This document shows positions 12,224 through 24,599 of a stretch of 64,000 nucleotides of DNA, in pieces. Source of the stretch: Lepidodermella squamata. Taxonomy: Eukaryota > Animalia > Gastrotricha. The notes beneath the pieces were generated by a model. That model was not told the DNA's origin, did no database searches, and worked only from the letters and a program-made list of their open reading frames with translations. The stretch lies in the NCBI GenBank assembly GCA_047495785.1, contig JBLDXI010000032.1:1116001-1180000 (forward strand), in the 5' to 3' direction. Position 1 is the stretch's first letter. The number at the start of each line of letters is the position of its first letter. The translations under genes and the position numbers were made by a program.

Positions 12224-12562
12224 ATGACTTGCATTCCACCGTCCGCTGAAGCCTATGAGCGATGTCGATTGTTGCATGTCGACTGCAACATATGTCCGCC
12301 ATCAACAACGAGCTCGGTTACAACCTCAAACCCCTTGCCGCCTTCTCCAGCTGAGACGGGATTGTCTAAGCTGGAAATTGGTCTGATCTCAGCGGGGATC
12401 ATTATCATTGTTATCATTGTTATCGTTGTTATCATTTCTGTCGTATATATTCGCCGTCGAAGGCGTTATTCTCGGCTTGAGCAAAGCCTTCCGCTTTGCT
12501 TGTTCGCCTCTAACGAAGAGGCCGAGGGGAATGCCGAGGGGAATGCCGAAGTTACGGCATAA
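12224..12562 (+). CDS. Small Cys-rich type III membrane protein, family A copy 2
   Basis: MTC..ERCRL..DC..C, TM, RRRRRYSRL, LCLFASNE...VTA, all shared with 10259-10597. Confidence 0.75.
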   Translation: MTCIPPSAEAYERCRLLHVDCNICPPSTTSSVTTSNPLPPSPAETGLSKLEIGLISAGIIIIVIIVIVVIISVVYIRRRRRYSRLEQSLPLCLFASNEEAEGNAEGNAEVTA

Positions 12563-12761
12563 TATTATTCTTAGTTTATTACTTTGTATCTTGTATCTTG
12601 CCATATAATAAAGTATTGCCATAATATTATAATCTTGCCATATTACTTGCCATGTTATTTGCCGCAGTATATAATGTTAATTTTATTATTTCATTCGGTA
12701 TTAAATGATCTATCGATAAAATTCCTGCCTGTTTCCTTTTAGAAATTAAAAAATTATTATT

Positions 12762-13112
12762 ATGGCCGATTGTGTCCCGTTTAGCGAGGATGCTGTAATA
12801 AAATGCCGCCTTGAATTGAGTGCCAGCAGTTGTGTATTCTGCGACACGACTTCTACGACAGGCACCTCCATTACTACTTCCACCACGCACGCTAGCGATA
12901 CGCCGAAAACTGACGTTTTGATTATAGTTTCAGTTGTCCTATCGGTCATCGCCATTGTTGGTGTCGCTATTCTGGGATTCAAGTTCCAGAAGGTGATACG
13001 CTGGCTCCAAAATGTAATTAGCCGAAGTCGGCGAGGTTTGGAACGGCTGCACATATACCGACTTGACGGGCGTATAATTGACACAATCGAGCTACCTGAA
13101 GATAGCTTGTAG
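12762..13112 (+). CDS. Small Cys-rich type III membrane protein, family B copy 2
   Basis: C-x10-CRL-x6-C-x2-C, Thr-rich stalk, TM, basic tail. Confidence 0.7.
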   Translation: MADCVPFSEDAVIKCRLELSASSCVFCDTTSTTGTSITTSTTHASDTPKTDVLIIVSVVLSVIAIVGVAILGFKFQKVIRWLQNVISRSRRGLERLHIYRLDGRIIDTIELPEDSL

Positions 13113-13242
13113 AATTTTTTAAAATTATTCTGCTCATATCTGCATAATATTTCTTGATCATTCGATTCATTTAATGATACATCTTGGTTATTTCAAATGC
13201 TGTAGCAAAATCATTAAAATATTGGCGATTTAACTGATTATT

Positions 13243-15910
13243 ATGAGCCTTCCATCAACATCGGCTGCGACTAATGTCGCCGATATGGAAATTCCAGTGT
13301 TCCCCAATGATAAATTGAAGAAACCGATTCGGCGAGTAAAAACAGCTTGGGTCGATGAGGAGAAGCGGATGAGAAATTCTGGAGAATCGTACGTGAGGAG
13401 GGAAATTGTTGTTAAAGACCGTGATACTGGCGTGCTGCGAAAGAAACGAAAGTTATCTGTTGTTCGGAAACGCGAGGGCAAGCGGCTGTTGAACTGCTGC
13501 AAAGAAAAGCGATGTTGGGAAAAATACACGGACATGAAAATAGCAGAACTGAGTCAACAGTTTAGGTCGACTGGGTCCATCTTTGACCAACGTCAGTTTG
13601 TTGGGAGATTTGTCTCAAAGGATTTTGTCAAGTTTCGAAGTCGAATTACCTACACACTACCCGCAATTTATGCTACGGAGAAATTCCGAGGGAAAGCGGC
13701 AAAAATTCAGCGGATTACTGTTTGTCGCAGGTTTTTCGAGTCTGCCTTGGATGTTACGAATCGCTTTGTGTCTTATACTTTGGAGAACAAGCTTAGTCCC
13801 GACCAGTTGACTGTTTATCCGGATTTTCGGCGTGCGAAGAAAGAAGGGGGCAGAAATACCTTGAACGAGTTGACGAGAAATTCTGTTATCAATTTTGTGA
13901 AACCTCGTTTGAAAGCGTAAATTTTGATAACCTCTGGTGTAAAATGGGTCAATAAGTCGATTTTGTTTTCTGACATTTCAGCAAATTAAGCCATTACCGA
14001 AGAAAGTATTCTAAGCGCTTTTATGTGTCTACGAGCATCACAATCGGAAGCCTTTACCGCGATTGGGTTTCCTATATTAAATCTGAACCTCTGCTTGGCA
14101 TCCGGCGATGCAGCTATGTCTCTTTCCGTCAACTTTTCCGCACCCATTTCAGGTATATTTTACGTAACTGATATCTCTTTGTTGTGTTCTTAGCTTGATA
14201 TTATTATTATAAAGGTCAGTCTCATTCCAAGAACCACGAAATGACAGGTGCAAAGTGAGCACAAGGCAAAATAGATATTATTAGCAAGCTGTCAACTGTC
14301 ATTTTAATTACAGGTATGTGCTCGTTGGAATTTCATGACAGAGGCTCAGAAAAATCAGAACCGTGCCAAGCACCAACAGCACTTGGATGAGAAGGACGCT
14401 AGCCGCGCTTTTCGGCGTTTGCGTCGCGAAAGAGCCGAAATGTCGCGACAAGCAGATTTTTTTGGGCGAAAAAGCGCCGTCATCGAGGTAAAATCGGCCG
14501 AAATGCAATTTTTGAAAAGATAGCCTTGTTGCCGCTTTGTTCAAGGTTGACGCACAATCCAAATTACGCACACCCTGCTGCGCTTTTCCCTACAAGCGAA
14601 AGCTCATAACGACCAATTTTACGATTTTCGACCTCACTGAACGGACAACCTACAATTATGTGTTTGAAGAGTTTAACGGTGAGTTGAAAAAATATATTAT
14701 TCATGCAAAATCACCCCTAGTCCGCTTTTTCCGTTTCAGGGTCATTGGGCGCGGCCGAAATTGGATCGATTCTCAACCACTACGTCTTGAATCATCTCGA
14801 CAACGATATTGAAGAATTGACTATCGTCTCAGATTCGACAGTTGGAGCTGGGAAAAATCGGTAATGAATTTAAATGAAAAATAATTTTTTTTAGATCAAT
14901 AAACTCGCGGCTTTTTTTCATTTTCAGCTTCATCCCTAACGCAATTTACCACTTGTTGAGAGAGGTCAATAGCCGGCGTGTTAGGGCTGGCCAAGCACGG
15001 CTGAAATTTATTGATTGGATGTTTCTAGTTCCTGGTAAGTGGCGATGATTTTTTTTAAATTTTGAGGATCTGACGCTTTTTTCTGCTCCAGGTCACACTC
15101 AGGTAAATTTGATCAAATTTATGCGTGACTCGCGTTTTTTAGCTGTTTTCAATAGATGAATGTTGATAATTCTCATTTTTTAATTGAGAGATCGCGCCGA
15201 AGATATGGTTCAGTTACCGATCCACTTGAATGGCGGCAAATTATTAAAAGTGCTCGGCGACAGGGAACCGAAAAGGAAATGTTCCGCGTCGTTGAACGCA
15301 CTTGGGAGGACTTCAAAGACTTTCGCAGGAAGCCAAATTATTGGACGACTTTGCAAAACAGCAGCAAATTTCGCGTAACCGAGTACCAATTTTATCGATT
15401 CAAGATAAACATAGGACAGCATGAACTTTGGGCCCGCAAAAGCTATGTCAATATTGCGACTGATGGCAACAACCCGGGCGCTCTCACCCGAGCTCAGCGA
15501 TTACTGATTGATTCCGATGAAGACGAGAAGATTCGCTTCGATGTGCATCTTACACCTAAGAAAAATGAAGGTCCCTTTGCTTATAACAATGGTAATTTTA
15601 GCCTTAGTCTTATCTTAAAGTAGAAAGGTAATTTTTAATTATCACAGCCCAACCGGAACCCGCATACACTGGACCACGAAACCTTACGTTCGATAAAAAG
15701 ATGGATTTGCTGTCGTGGATTGCTGATGGTGTCACTCCACCTAGAATGCTCGAGTACATCAAGGCGTTGCCATGTGACATTTCTTCAGCCGAAAAGCGGC
15801 AGGCTTATGAAAATCGACTAGCCTTGATTCAAGAAAAATATAAAGATAACGAATGGACCGCTGATGATGAAGATATGGCAGACGAAGAGCCGCTTGTTGA
15901 CAGGCTTTAA
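13243..15910 (+). mobile_element. Sola-superfamily DDD transposase gene with about 10 introns
   Basis: Spliced motifs: VCRRFF, SHYRR, FQEPRNDRCKVC, EV-D-AQ, YKRKL..TNFTIFD, G..EIGS, VS-D-STVGAGKN, FLVPGHTQMNV-D-NSHFLIE. Poly(A) signal near 16077. Confidence 0.8.
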
Positions 15911-16634
15911 ACGTTCATTTTACCCACATTGTTTATAACATTATATGATTTTTTCGTGGTGTGAACCTCTTTTTCTATTATCTTATCTTAGCTCCTTTGT
16001 GCCACAAAAAACAACTGTTATCGTGTTAACGATTGTTGCTTTTATTTATTCGTGATGATGATCATAACGAAGAATTAATAAATCAAGTGTTTTGAGCTAA
16101 AAAAATAGCACTTTTTGCCGCTCCGAAATACCTCTTAATTGAACAGCTCGAAAAGAAGCGAAGCCAAAAAGAAATGGAGTAACTTCAGCAATGGTGATCG
16201 GCCTTTTGAGTAATTGAAACATCATGAACATTGCTTTTGGTCATAGGAGACGTCCTGGTTTGCAAGAAACAAAATTACTTTGGAAGGTAAAAACAGAAGA
16301 ATTACGTGAAAGCAAAAATCTCAATAAATAAACAATGAGCGCGAAATTGGCGCTTGCGAAAGAGGCCATTATTTGTATATGCGCATACTACATACTACTA
16401 ATAATGATAGGAGTACTTCGGCTAAAAACTCGTTTCAACTCTTTTAACTTTGCATTGAACTGTCAAAATGCCACAAGTTATACATATTCTCGCTCATCTC
16501 ATCAAGGCGGTCATTTTGATACTGGTTTCGAGGCAAAATTCGTCAAATTAAGAAAATTTATTTCTTTATGTGCGTATAGCATGGTTAAGCTACATTACTG
16601 CAGAACACAAACGACTTTTATATGTGCCGAAATG

Positions 16635-17707
16635 ATTCATCAAGAGTTTTTGCTTTCTTGGTCGCGTGACCAGTTTTTCACTTGTCAAGAGCTCTATAAG
16701 AAGTACGGCCAAATCAGCGCATCTGACAAGTGATTTTGGGCTTCTATTTCAACCTAATTTATCTCAAATGACCTGTCCTTCAATTTCGACGGGAAAAATA
16801 GGGCATAGAGGTCCTACCTTCAGCTCGGCGCAAAAGTTAAGTGTTTTGATCACACGTTTTGATCACGTGTGCACGTGTGACCTTTGACCTGCAAAACGGG
16901 AGTATAATGTACATTCACAGTGTAAATCCAATATAATATAATTGCTCTTATGTCATCTTGCTCTTATCTCGTTGCTTTTATTTTGTTTTGCTCTCATGTC
17001 ATTGCTCTTATATCATTGCTCTTATTTCGCTTGCTCTTTTCGCACACAACCGTAATAACCCTGTTGGCCTGCTGATTTATAAAATATGATGTCTTTTTCG
17101 TAATCCTAAGTGTATCGTGTTATGGCTACTTCAACATTGAGATGATTGAATAAATTGTGTTTTCTGTCTATAGAGGACGGACCCTGGGCTGAGCCAATTT
17201 TTTCCAGAAGATGGAAAAGGCATTGAGAACACGATTATAATGAGGCGGAAAAATATGACACAGTGGTCCAACCTCCAGCTCGGCGCTCATCACGTGGGAA
17301 TTTCTGGCCTGTGTACGTTTTCAGGTGGAAAAAATTCATAGGTAAAAGACACATTTTCGCACAGTGTTAATCGAAAATTTTGAAAAAAAAATTCGCCTGA
17401 AAAATCAAAATGTCAGGTGTACAATTTATGATTCATCCCACCAAAAAAACCAGCAATCAGGTCTGTGCCAAAAAAAAATCATTAATTTTGGAGGATTTTG
17501 TGAAAATTCCAGAAAATGAAAGCGAAGCTGGCCGGAAATTCAGATGAGAAACACCTGCGTGGCCTATGCTTGATACTGTATGGCAAACAGAATTTCAAGA
17601 AAACTGACGGACAGGTCATTTGAGATTGAAACTGAGGCGCGAAAGTAGATGCCCGTTTTCACTTGTCAATTGCGTTGATTTGGAGAAAGCATAAACTCGT
17701 GATGAAT
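16635..17707. repeat. Degenerate inverted-repeat pair (16635-16778 / 17609-17707), probably an old non-autonomous DNA element
   Basis: tctcaaatgacctgtcc vs ggacaggtcatttgaga; attcatcaagagtttttgctttct vs agaaagcataaactcgtgatgaat. Internal ttgctctta minisatellite at about 16940-17040. Confidence 0.55.
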
Positions 17708-18100
17708 TCTGCCTATTTGCAGACAAAACGATCATGTTGATCGGTTAAAAAGGGTCGTTAATTGGTTTGATTATTATAGAGATGGAGCTCAGATTTTTCT
17801 AGAAATTTCTAGAGGTTTTTCTCTGACCTCACCGTAAATTCCTGCATAAAAATAACCCTTATCTGCGTTTTGTTTTATTTTGAATATGAATCATACTTCG
17901 TTGATAACATTTTTGTGTAGCCTAGAGCGGCAAGTGACGCACGAGTAACATTAGTACTAAACAGCCGCCTTGAGGTATTTACTTGTGTTATTTTTCTCTT
18001 ATAAATCGTAACATCCAAATTAGAAAGCTCTGCTTTTATACCGGGAGGGACATATTATTTAATAAATCAGCTGAGCATTATTGGACGTCTCTGACTCTTG

Positions 18101-19958
18101 ATGGCTTACTTTAAACCGACTAACGCTTCGCTGGCCTCGCCTGAAGAACTTCGAAGCATCCAGCCTGCAGCCACTCAGGAAGCGATGCAGCAACTTATCT
18201 ACCCGATGAGTCCCTTTCGCTTATTATTTGGTGACGATGCGGTAAGTGGTAAACATTGCCGGAACCATACGAAAAATACGCACCAAATTTCAGCGAATTT
18301 AGGCTACTAACTACTAACAAATAGGTAGTGATCCTCTAAAGATGATCATTGGTCTACTATAAAATTTTGAATTAGCCGAAAAAAACCCGGAAAATCACAG
18401 TCGGATCGAATTGATAACAATTTAAAAATTCGATTTTCAATTTCGGTGTTCAGGCTTCATCATTGTTGGCTAGAATTTCATAATAAATTTCAAAAACAAA
18501 GCTGTTTTTTCATTTTATCAGGTTTATTTTTCGGATATTCCGGTCCTCACTTATTGTTCTGAGCCCGGCGACTTGGAACCAACTATTCCCATGAATCAAG
18601 ATTTCAGCCCTTATGATATGGTCGCATCACCGTTTACTAACCTTGATTTAAAAAATCAAGTGATCACTGCGAAGCATGGCTTAGATGATCAGCAGCACGC
18701 TTACGGTGTTATGCAAACTTATCATAGCTGCCCGCGAAAAAGCCAGGCGATCTACATGGATCAAATGGACGGGCTGTATTCGGTAAGTGACTTGGTTGAA
18801 AATCATGCTTCTCTCAAAGCATAATCTTTTCAAAAGATGAAGGTTTCGAGTGATTCTGATGGATGTGATAGTCGATGCTTCCAGGTCAGTGCGGCTATGT
18901 CCGTGTTTTGCGCAAGAGGTTATTGGAACTAAATTTGCAAGTTATTATGATTACTGAAATTGACCAGATCTTGGATCATGCTATTTGAGTGCTCAAATCG
19001 AGGCTGGTATTCCGATGCTAGATTTCGCCAAGGCAGTAGTTCGGTGTCTTCATTCCAAGCGATGCGTTTATAATGTGAGAATATGGCACGCTTCTTCATT
19101 CAACAATTTATTTACATTTATTTACAGCTTCCAGAAAATTTAGCTGCACACTTGAGGGATGGACTGGGCTGTCGAGAAGTAGATACTTACATCCATCACG
19201 CTTTCGGGGTTTTCATTGAGACAGCGAGCGGCGACATACTGATCGGGATGGTTTTCGCTCAGCTGTATGACCAGCATTCGATTGTGAGCAATCGAAGTCG
19301 CGTGAACTTCCAGTTTTTATACTGTGCCCAGGCTGCTGATCTGTCGCAAGAGCTCAAAGAATACGCCTGCAAAGTTTTTGATCGTTCGATCATAACCTTC
19401 TTCGCTCTTCTTAAATCTTGCAATTACAAAACTGCGCATTTTCGAGCCGACGACGAAATGAGCGCATTGTGGTGTCGTGGAATTATTGACCAGGCTGTTG
19501 ACTGGGCGATCGTTATCGATTATAAGGCCTTGGGTTATGGCTCTCGTATTTACAATTTCTGGGATTTTTTGAAGCGGGAAGGCTCTCAGAGACGAATTGC
19601 GAAAATTCCTATTTTCCACGGCGACATTATTCAGCAAGCAATAGAAGATAAAATTATTAGACTCTTGAGGTCGAAGGCGGGGCTGTTCGACGAAAGGAAG
19701 ATGTGGCTCTCCGTTAACGAAACGGCAAAGGCTGAAAATAGCCGTAATTTCGTAGCTGTACTTTGCCACACAAATACAGAGCTCGTGCCTATATGCAGCC
19801 ATTTTGAAGCACCCCAAGTCAATCAAAATCAGGGCTCTATTTTTGACAGTTTGGAAATTTTCGCATCGTTTTGCGCGACTCGATCGCTGTCCTTCAACAC
19901 CGTAGCTGAGGCGATGACTTCAACAGCTCACATCATCCGCCTGGCTTGGGCAGGCTGA
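18101..19958 (+). CDS. p300/CBP HAT (KAT11)-domain-only paralog 1, predicted catalytically dead
   Basis: Last two exons align with the CBP HAT domain: VVRCLHS~VTVRVVHA, FAQLYD..SNRSRVNFQFL~HVQEY..PNTRRVYISYL, YKTAHF~YTTGHI, IPIFHGD~LPYFEGD, LSFNTVAEAMTST~LEFSSLRRAQWST. Confidence 0.75.
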
Positions 19959-20511
19959 GCACTCCGTCGGAAATTGTCGGAAGTTGGAACCGTCTAAAAC
20001 TCTGAGACAACCGCTTGGCTTGCTGATTTTTAATTTTTAATTTAAATGATTCTTTTTGTATTATTATTGTATTATTGTATTCTTATTGTATTATTGGCAG
20101 TTCAAAGGGCGCACTGCTTGCACTGCACTTCACTGGGGCACTTGAAGGCTTTTGCACTGCCAAACTCCCAGTAAAACGCTGATTAACCACTTTTCGAGTT
20201 GAAAATGAAATATTCGTACGATATTCCGTCCCCGTGAAAAGTTATTGCCGGCCGTTAAGCTACAAGCTTTTTGTATTCTTGTCAATGGACAAGACACAAG
20301 GCAAGAAAATTTGGCATTCGATTGCTCTCGCATTGATTTTCTCGCTACGATTAACCGTTAATAAAATGTGCACGCGCTGCGCTCTCACTCTCTGATCGCG
20401 TGCCACTTTTAGCATGCCTTTTGGCGGTCTGTATTACTAGCCATTTATAAATCTTTATTTCCAGTGTTTTCAGGAGGCAAGGCATTACGAGGAATTCTAT
20501 GATATCATTCG

Positions 20512-22588
20512 ATGGATGTATTTGATCCGTATGACGCTTCGCTGGCCTCACCGCTACCAGACTACTGGCGTGCGGAAGACGCCTCAACTCCGGTTCAGGT
20601 AAAGCGGATGGTTCGCGGCAACGAGCTGAGCAGGCAGCACGGCTTGATATCTTCGCCAGACCGAGGTCACAACGAGGTCATACATTTTGATCTTATATTT
20701 TCTTTTGACTTTTTCTTTCATTTCAGACTGAACTTGATGAAATTTTGCATGACGCGTCTTTCCACTTGGGCCCGGTCGCAAACAATGCGGAGAATGATTA
20801 CTCTTCTGTTGACCATCTTACCGATTTGCATGAAGCAGCCACTCGCGAACATCAGCAAGTTACTGAAAAAGAATGCGTAGATGATGTCCGAAAACGTGGA
20901 ATGCAAGATGAGCAAAGCGATTCGGCGAACACTGCAAACCCGTCCATGTTACAGGAGCAAATGGGCACTTCGGTAAGTGAATAGGTCGAAAAATCTGGCT
21001 AACAAATACGGTATTTTGTCAAAAGATGAACGATTCGAACTGCCCGAATGGATGTGAGATCGGCCCTGTACAAAATGTTCAACGTTACACGCCTAACGAT
21101 ACAAACGTGGTGCTCTACCATCAGGGCCAAGTTGTTGGATATAATTCGATAAGTAAAATAAATGATAATGAAATTTGTTCCAGACCGGCTCTTCCACTGA
21201 TACCGGGGGATACGTTATCAATGGCATGCAAAATGATCTTGGGCATTATCCGAGTTACGTTCTGGTGTTCTACCAGGGTCAAATAGGCTGGAATATCGTA
21301 AGTAACAAAAAAGTAACCAGCAAACAAATACATTGAAATATTGCCAGGTGAGCATGCCCACTATGCAATTTTATCAAAGCCATCCGCCAACAAATCAAAA
21401 CCCTTGTTTGTCGAGAATCTATCTGTCGCTCCGGTAAGTAAATTGGTTTAAAATCTGCTTACTATAACGGCATTATGTCAAAAGATGAACGATTCGAATT
21501 CGAATGATGACAATCAACTTTCCCAGGCAGCTGCAACTTCGCAGCTTCGCGCAAGAGGTAATTCAGAGCCGCATTTAATAGTATGTAACTCAATGCGTGA
21601 TGAACAGATATTGAATCATGTCCTGTGTCTGAACACATCCAGTCTGGCCTTGCAATGCTGCATTTCGCCAAGGCGGTATTTCGTTGTCTTCGTTCCAAGC
21701 GAGTCATTTACAAAGTGAGTAAATGACGAGTTTCTTCATTCAAAATGTGTTACATATTTCTTAACAGCTTCCAGGCAATATCGCTAGTTGCTTTGAGGTT
21801 GAACTGAACGGTGCGAAATTCGATGTTTACACCCATCACGTTTTTGGAGTTTTTTTGGAGAGCTCCAAAACGCCGAATTCCGCCGCCGGTGACCTACTGG
21901 TCGGCATGATCTTCGCACAGTTTTATGACCGGCAATCCATTGTGAGCAATCGACGCCGGGTGAATTTCCAGCTCATGTTCCGTGCTGATCTGCCTCAGGA
22001 CTACAAAGAAGACGCAAAGACGGTTTTTGATCGTTCGATCGTCATCTTCTTGGAATTTCTTCGCTGCTGCAATTACCAAACTGCACATTTTCAAGCCAAC
22101 AACGAAATTGACATGTCGCGGTGCCGTTCGATTATTGACGAGGCTATCAAAGCGGGGAAAATTCTGGAAAAAAGCTGGAAAGCGCTCGTATTTACAATTT
22201 CTGGGATTTTTGCAGGGCGATATCCACTCGAAGAGACATTGCGAAAATTCCCATCTTCCACAGGCATATTGTTCAGCAAGCAATAGAAGATGAAATTAAA
22301 CGCTTTAGGTCGAAAGCGGGGAAGTTCGAGGAAAAGGAAATGAACAAGATGTGGGTCTCCGTGAACAAAACTGCAAAGGCTGAGGACAATTTCGTCGCTG
22401 TGCTTAACAACAAAGATGAAGAGCTTCAACCTTTATGCAGCCATTTTCGAACATCTCACGCCAGTCAGGATCAGCAGGAATCTATTTTTGACAGTATTGA
22501 GATTTTCGCAGCTCGATCGCTGGCTTTCAACACCGTAGCTCAGGCGATGTCTTCGACAGCTTATTTAATCAATCAAGTAACGAGTTGA
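20512..22588 (+). pseudogene. p300/CBP HAT-like paralog 2, frameshift in last exon (about 22170-22185)
   Basis: Same exon set as the other copies. The conserved RIYNFWDF block is out of frame with upstream KILEK, and homology resumes in the frame of ORF 22340-22588. Confidence 0.7.
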
Positions 22589-23724
22589 ACTTTGAAAGGT
22601 GACACATAATTAACACTTTTTGCTCCTGACTATTTGAAACTAAGTGAGCCTATGAAATAACGAAAGTTATTGCAATTTTGCATTTTTCTGTCTTTGCGTG
22701 ATTCTTTGTGCAGTTGGCTGGGTTGTCATACATAACTAAGTATGAATAAACAATAAACAAATATTTGTATTCAACCGTTCTTATATGGGCACCGCCACTG
22801 ACAAATGCTTTGTTTTTAGGCTTCATCCTCATCTAAAAATTGCTAGCGTCGCGGTATTAAGAACCATTTAGACGGTAACAGGGCCGGATTAACGTTCGTT
22901 AGACCCCAGGGCACTATTGGTGGCCCTCATTTACATTTTCCTGCGAATTTAAAAAGGTTGTTATACCGAGTGCTGTTTGCATCATGACCTAATTCTTGAC
23001 TCAATTTTCCGCAAGACAATTTTGAATGACAGTTGCTATGAGGTGGAACTTCAAAATCCAACAAAACCAAACAGAAACTTGTCAATATTTCGCCTAAAGC
23101 ATGCCTAAGGAATCACAAAAATTTTTCAAATTAAACCCCTTCTGTTCCTCGGAAATGAATTCTGCAGTACGCATACCTACCGTCAAGGCATAGCGTGCGA
23201 GTTTGAAACCGCTACCCAACGCTACGGCGAGCGAACTTTTGCCGTAGAACTCGATGTTCTCGATATATCGAGCAAATTGCTAAATTAAGCTTTACAGACA
23301 ATATCGCGACAGAAGAGTAAACACGCTGCCCAGCGCGGCATACCAGGTGGCTGCCAAAGCCAGACAGCCGCCTTCGATTGAACACGAGAACTTGGCTGAT
23401 CGCTTATCATTGAATCGAAATGAATCGAAATAACAAACGTTGAACTTTAAACATGATCTTTTTTTATACACTCTATACTATACCTACACACTATGTATTC
23501 GCTTTTTTCACACACATTTCATAGGAAACATATCATGTCACTGAAGCTGCTTGGCATTAAGTTATCGCACCAAAAGCGCTGCGGGGCGTTTGGGAGATAA
23601 TAAATTCCCAAAGTGGGTCGAATATATTTAGACTTACTGTATTAAAGCAACATTTCTTATCTCATTTTCTTATCTCATTCTCAAACGCAAAAAACGTCGC
23701 TCCTTCGAATAATCCAATCTGTTA

Positions 23725-24003
23725 AGTGAGTGCGAAATAACGAGGTGTTTTTCTCTGAAATTCCGCTTTTGAGGTGAGCACGGTAACACTCATTTATTAT
23801 TATTATTATTATTTATTATAACATTTCAATTTTTTGGAATATTCAAAACAACAGTAAGCATCATTGGAAATTCTCCGCCGTCTAATATAGCTAAGAATAA
23901 TTCGGCTAAAACTCTTCGCTGGCCTCGCCAGACGATGGCCTCAGCTTCCTAGCAGCTGCTATAGAGTCCACGCATGGATCAGTTTCTCGATTTGGGCGAC
24001 CAC
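23725..24003 (+). pseudogene. 5' relic (upstream region and first exon) of a fifth HAT-like paralog
   Basis: Matches 34900-35200 (ctggcctcgccagacga; atggatcagtttctcga). The start codon appears lost (ATA). Confidence 0.65.
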
Positions 24004-24599
24004 GCGCCACGCGGCGAGACGTCTAGCTTTTGCCCAACTTCTAATAAATGTAGGTAACACTTTTCAACGCTGTTATGTCGCTTTTCCGTCGCGCGCTGCT
24101 ACGTCACAGATGGTAGTTATGCTGGTTTGTTGCGATCCCTGTTTCGTGACCGCTGTTTTGTCGGTCCGCCACTTTTTATCGTAGCGGATAATAAATCAGG
24201 CATACATGCAAGATACGGGATGCCTACTGAATCACTACTGAGGGCACACAGCACGACTAGCAACGTCATTTGATGTATTCTCTATTTACAAAGCCAACAT
24301 ATTTCGAGCTTCGACAATTTAATGAAGTCCCATGCAGGTGTAAGGAACCAACTTGAAGAGATAAATACGTCCCTATGGAGAGACTTCCAGATGAACTGGA
24401 TTTTTACATAGAGACATCAGCCCCTGCAAGTTATCAAGTATTGGGTTACAGTTTTTAGCTCACATTTTTAACCTTAAGAAACCGGCGTTTCTAATGGGGG
24501 GTTTTATGACTGGCATTTTCACTCACCTTCATTTGTTATTTTATAGCTTCAAGTTTTAACATTGAAAATAGCCTCAACTCATATCGGGTTGTAATTGTA

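Noticed and set aside
16335-16887. 132-aa and 73-aa ORFs after the transposase
   Set aside because: They overlap inverted-repeat, TE-like DNA and have no protein-like features.
22879-22930. hAT-like terminus cagggccggatt
   Set aside because: No matching opposite end or TSD found in the window.
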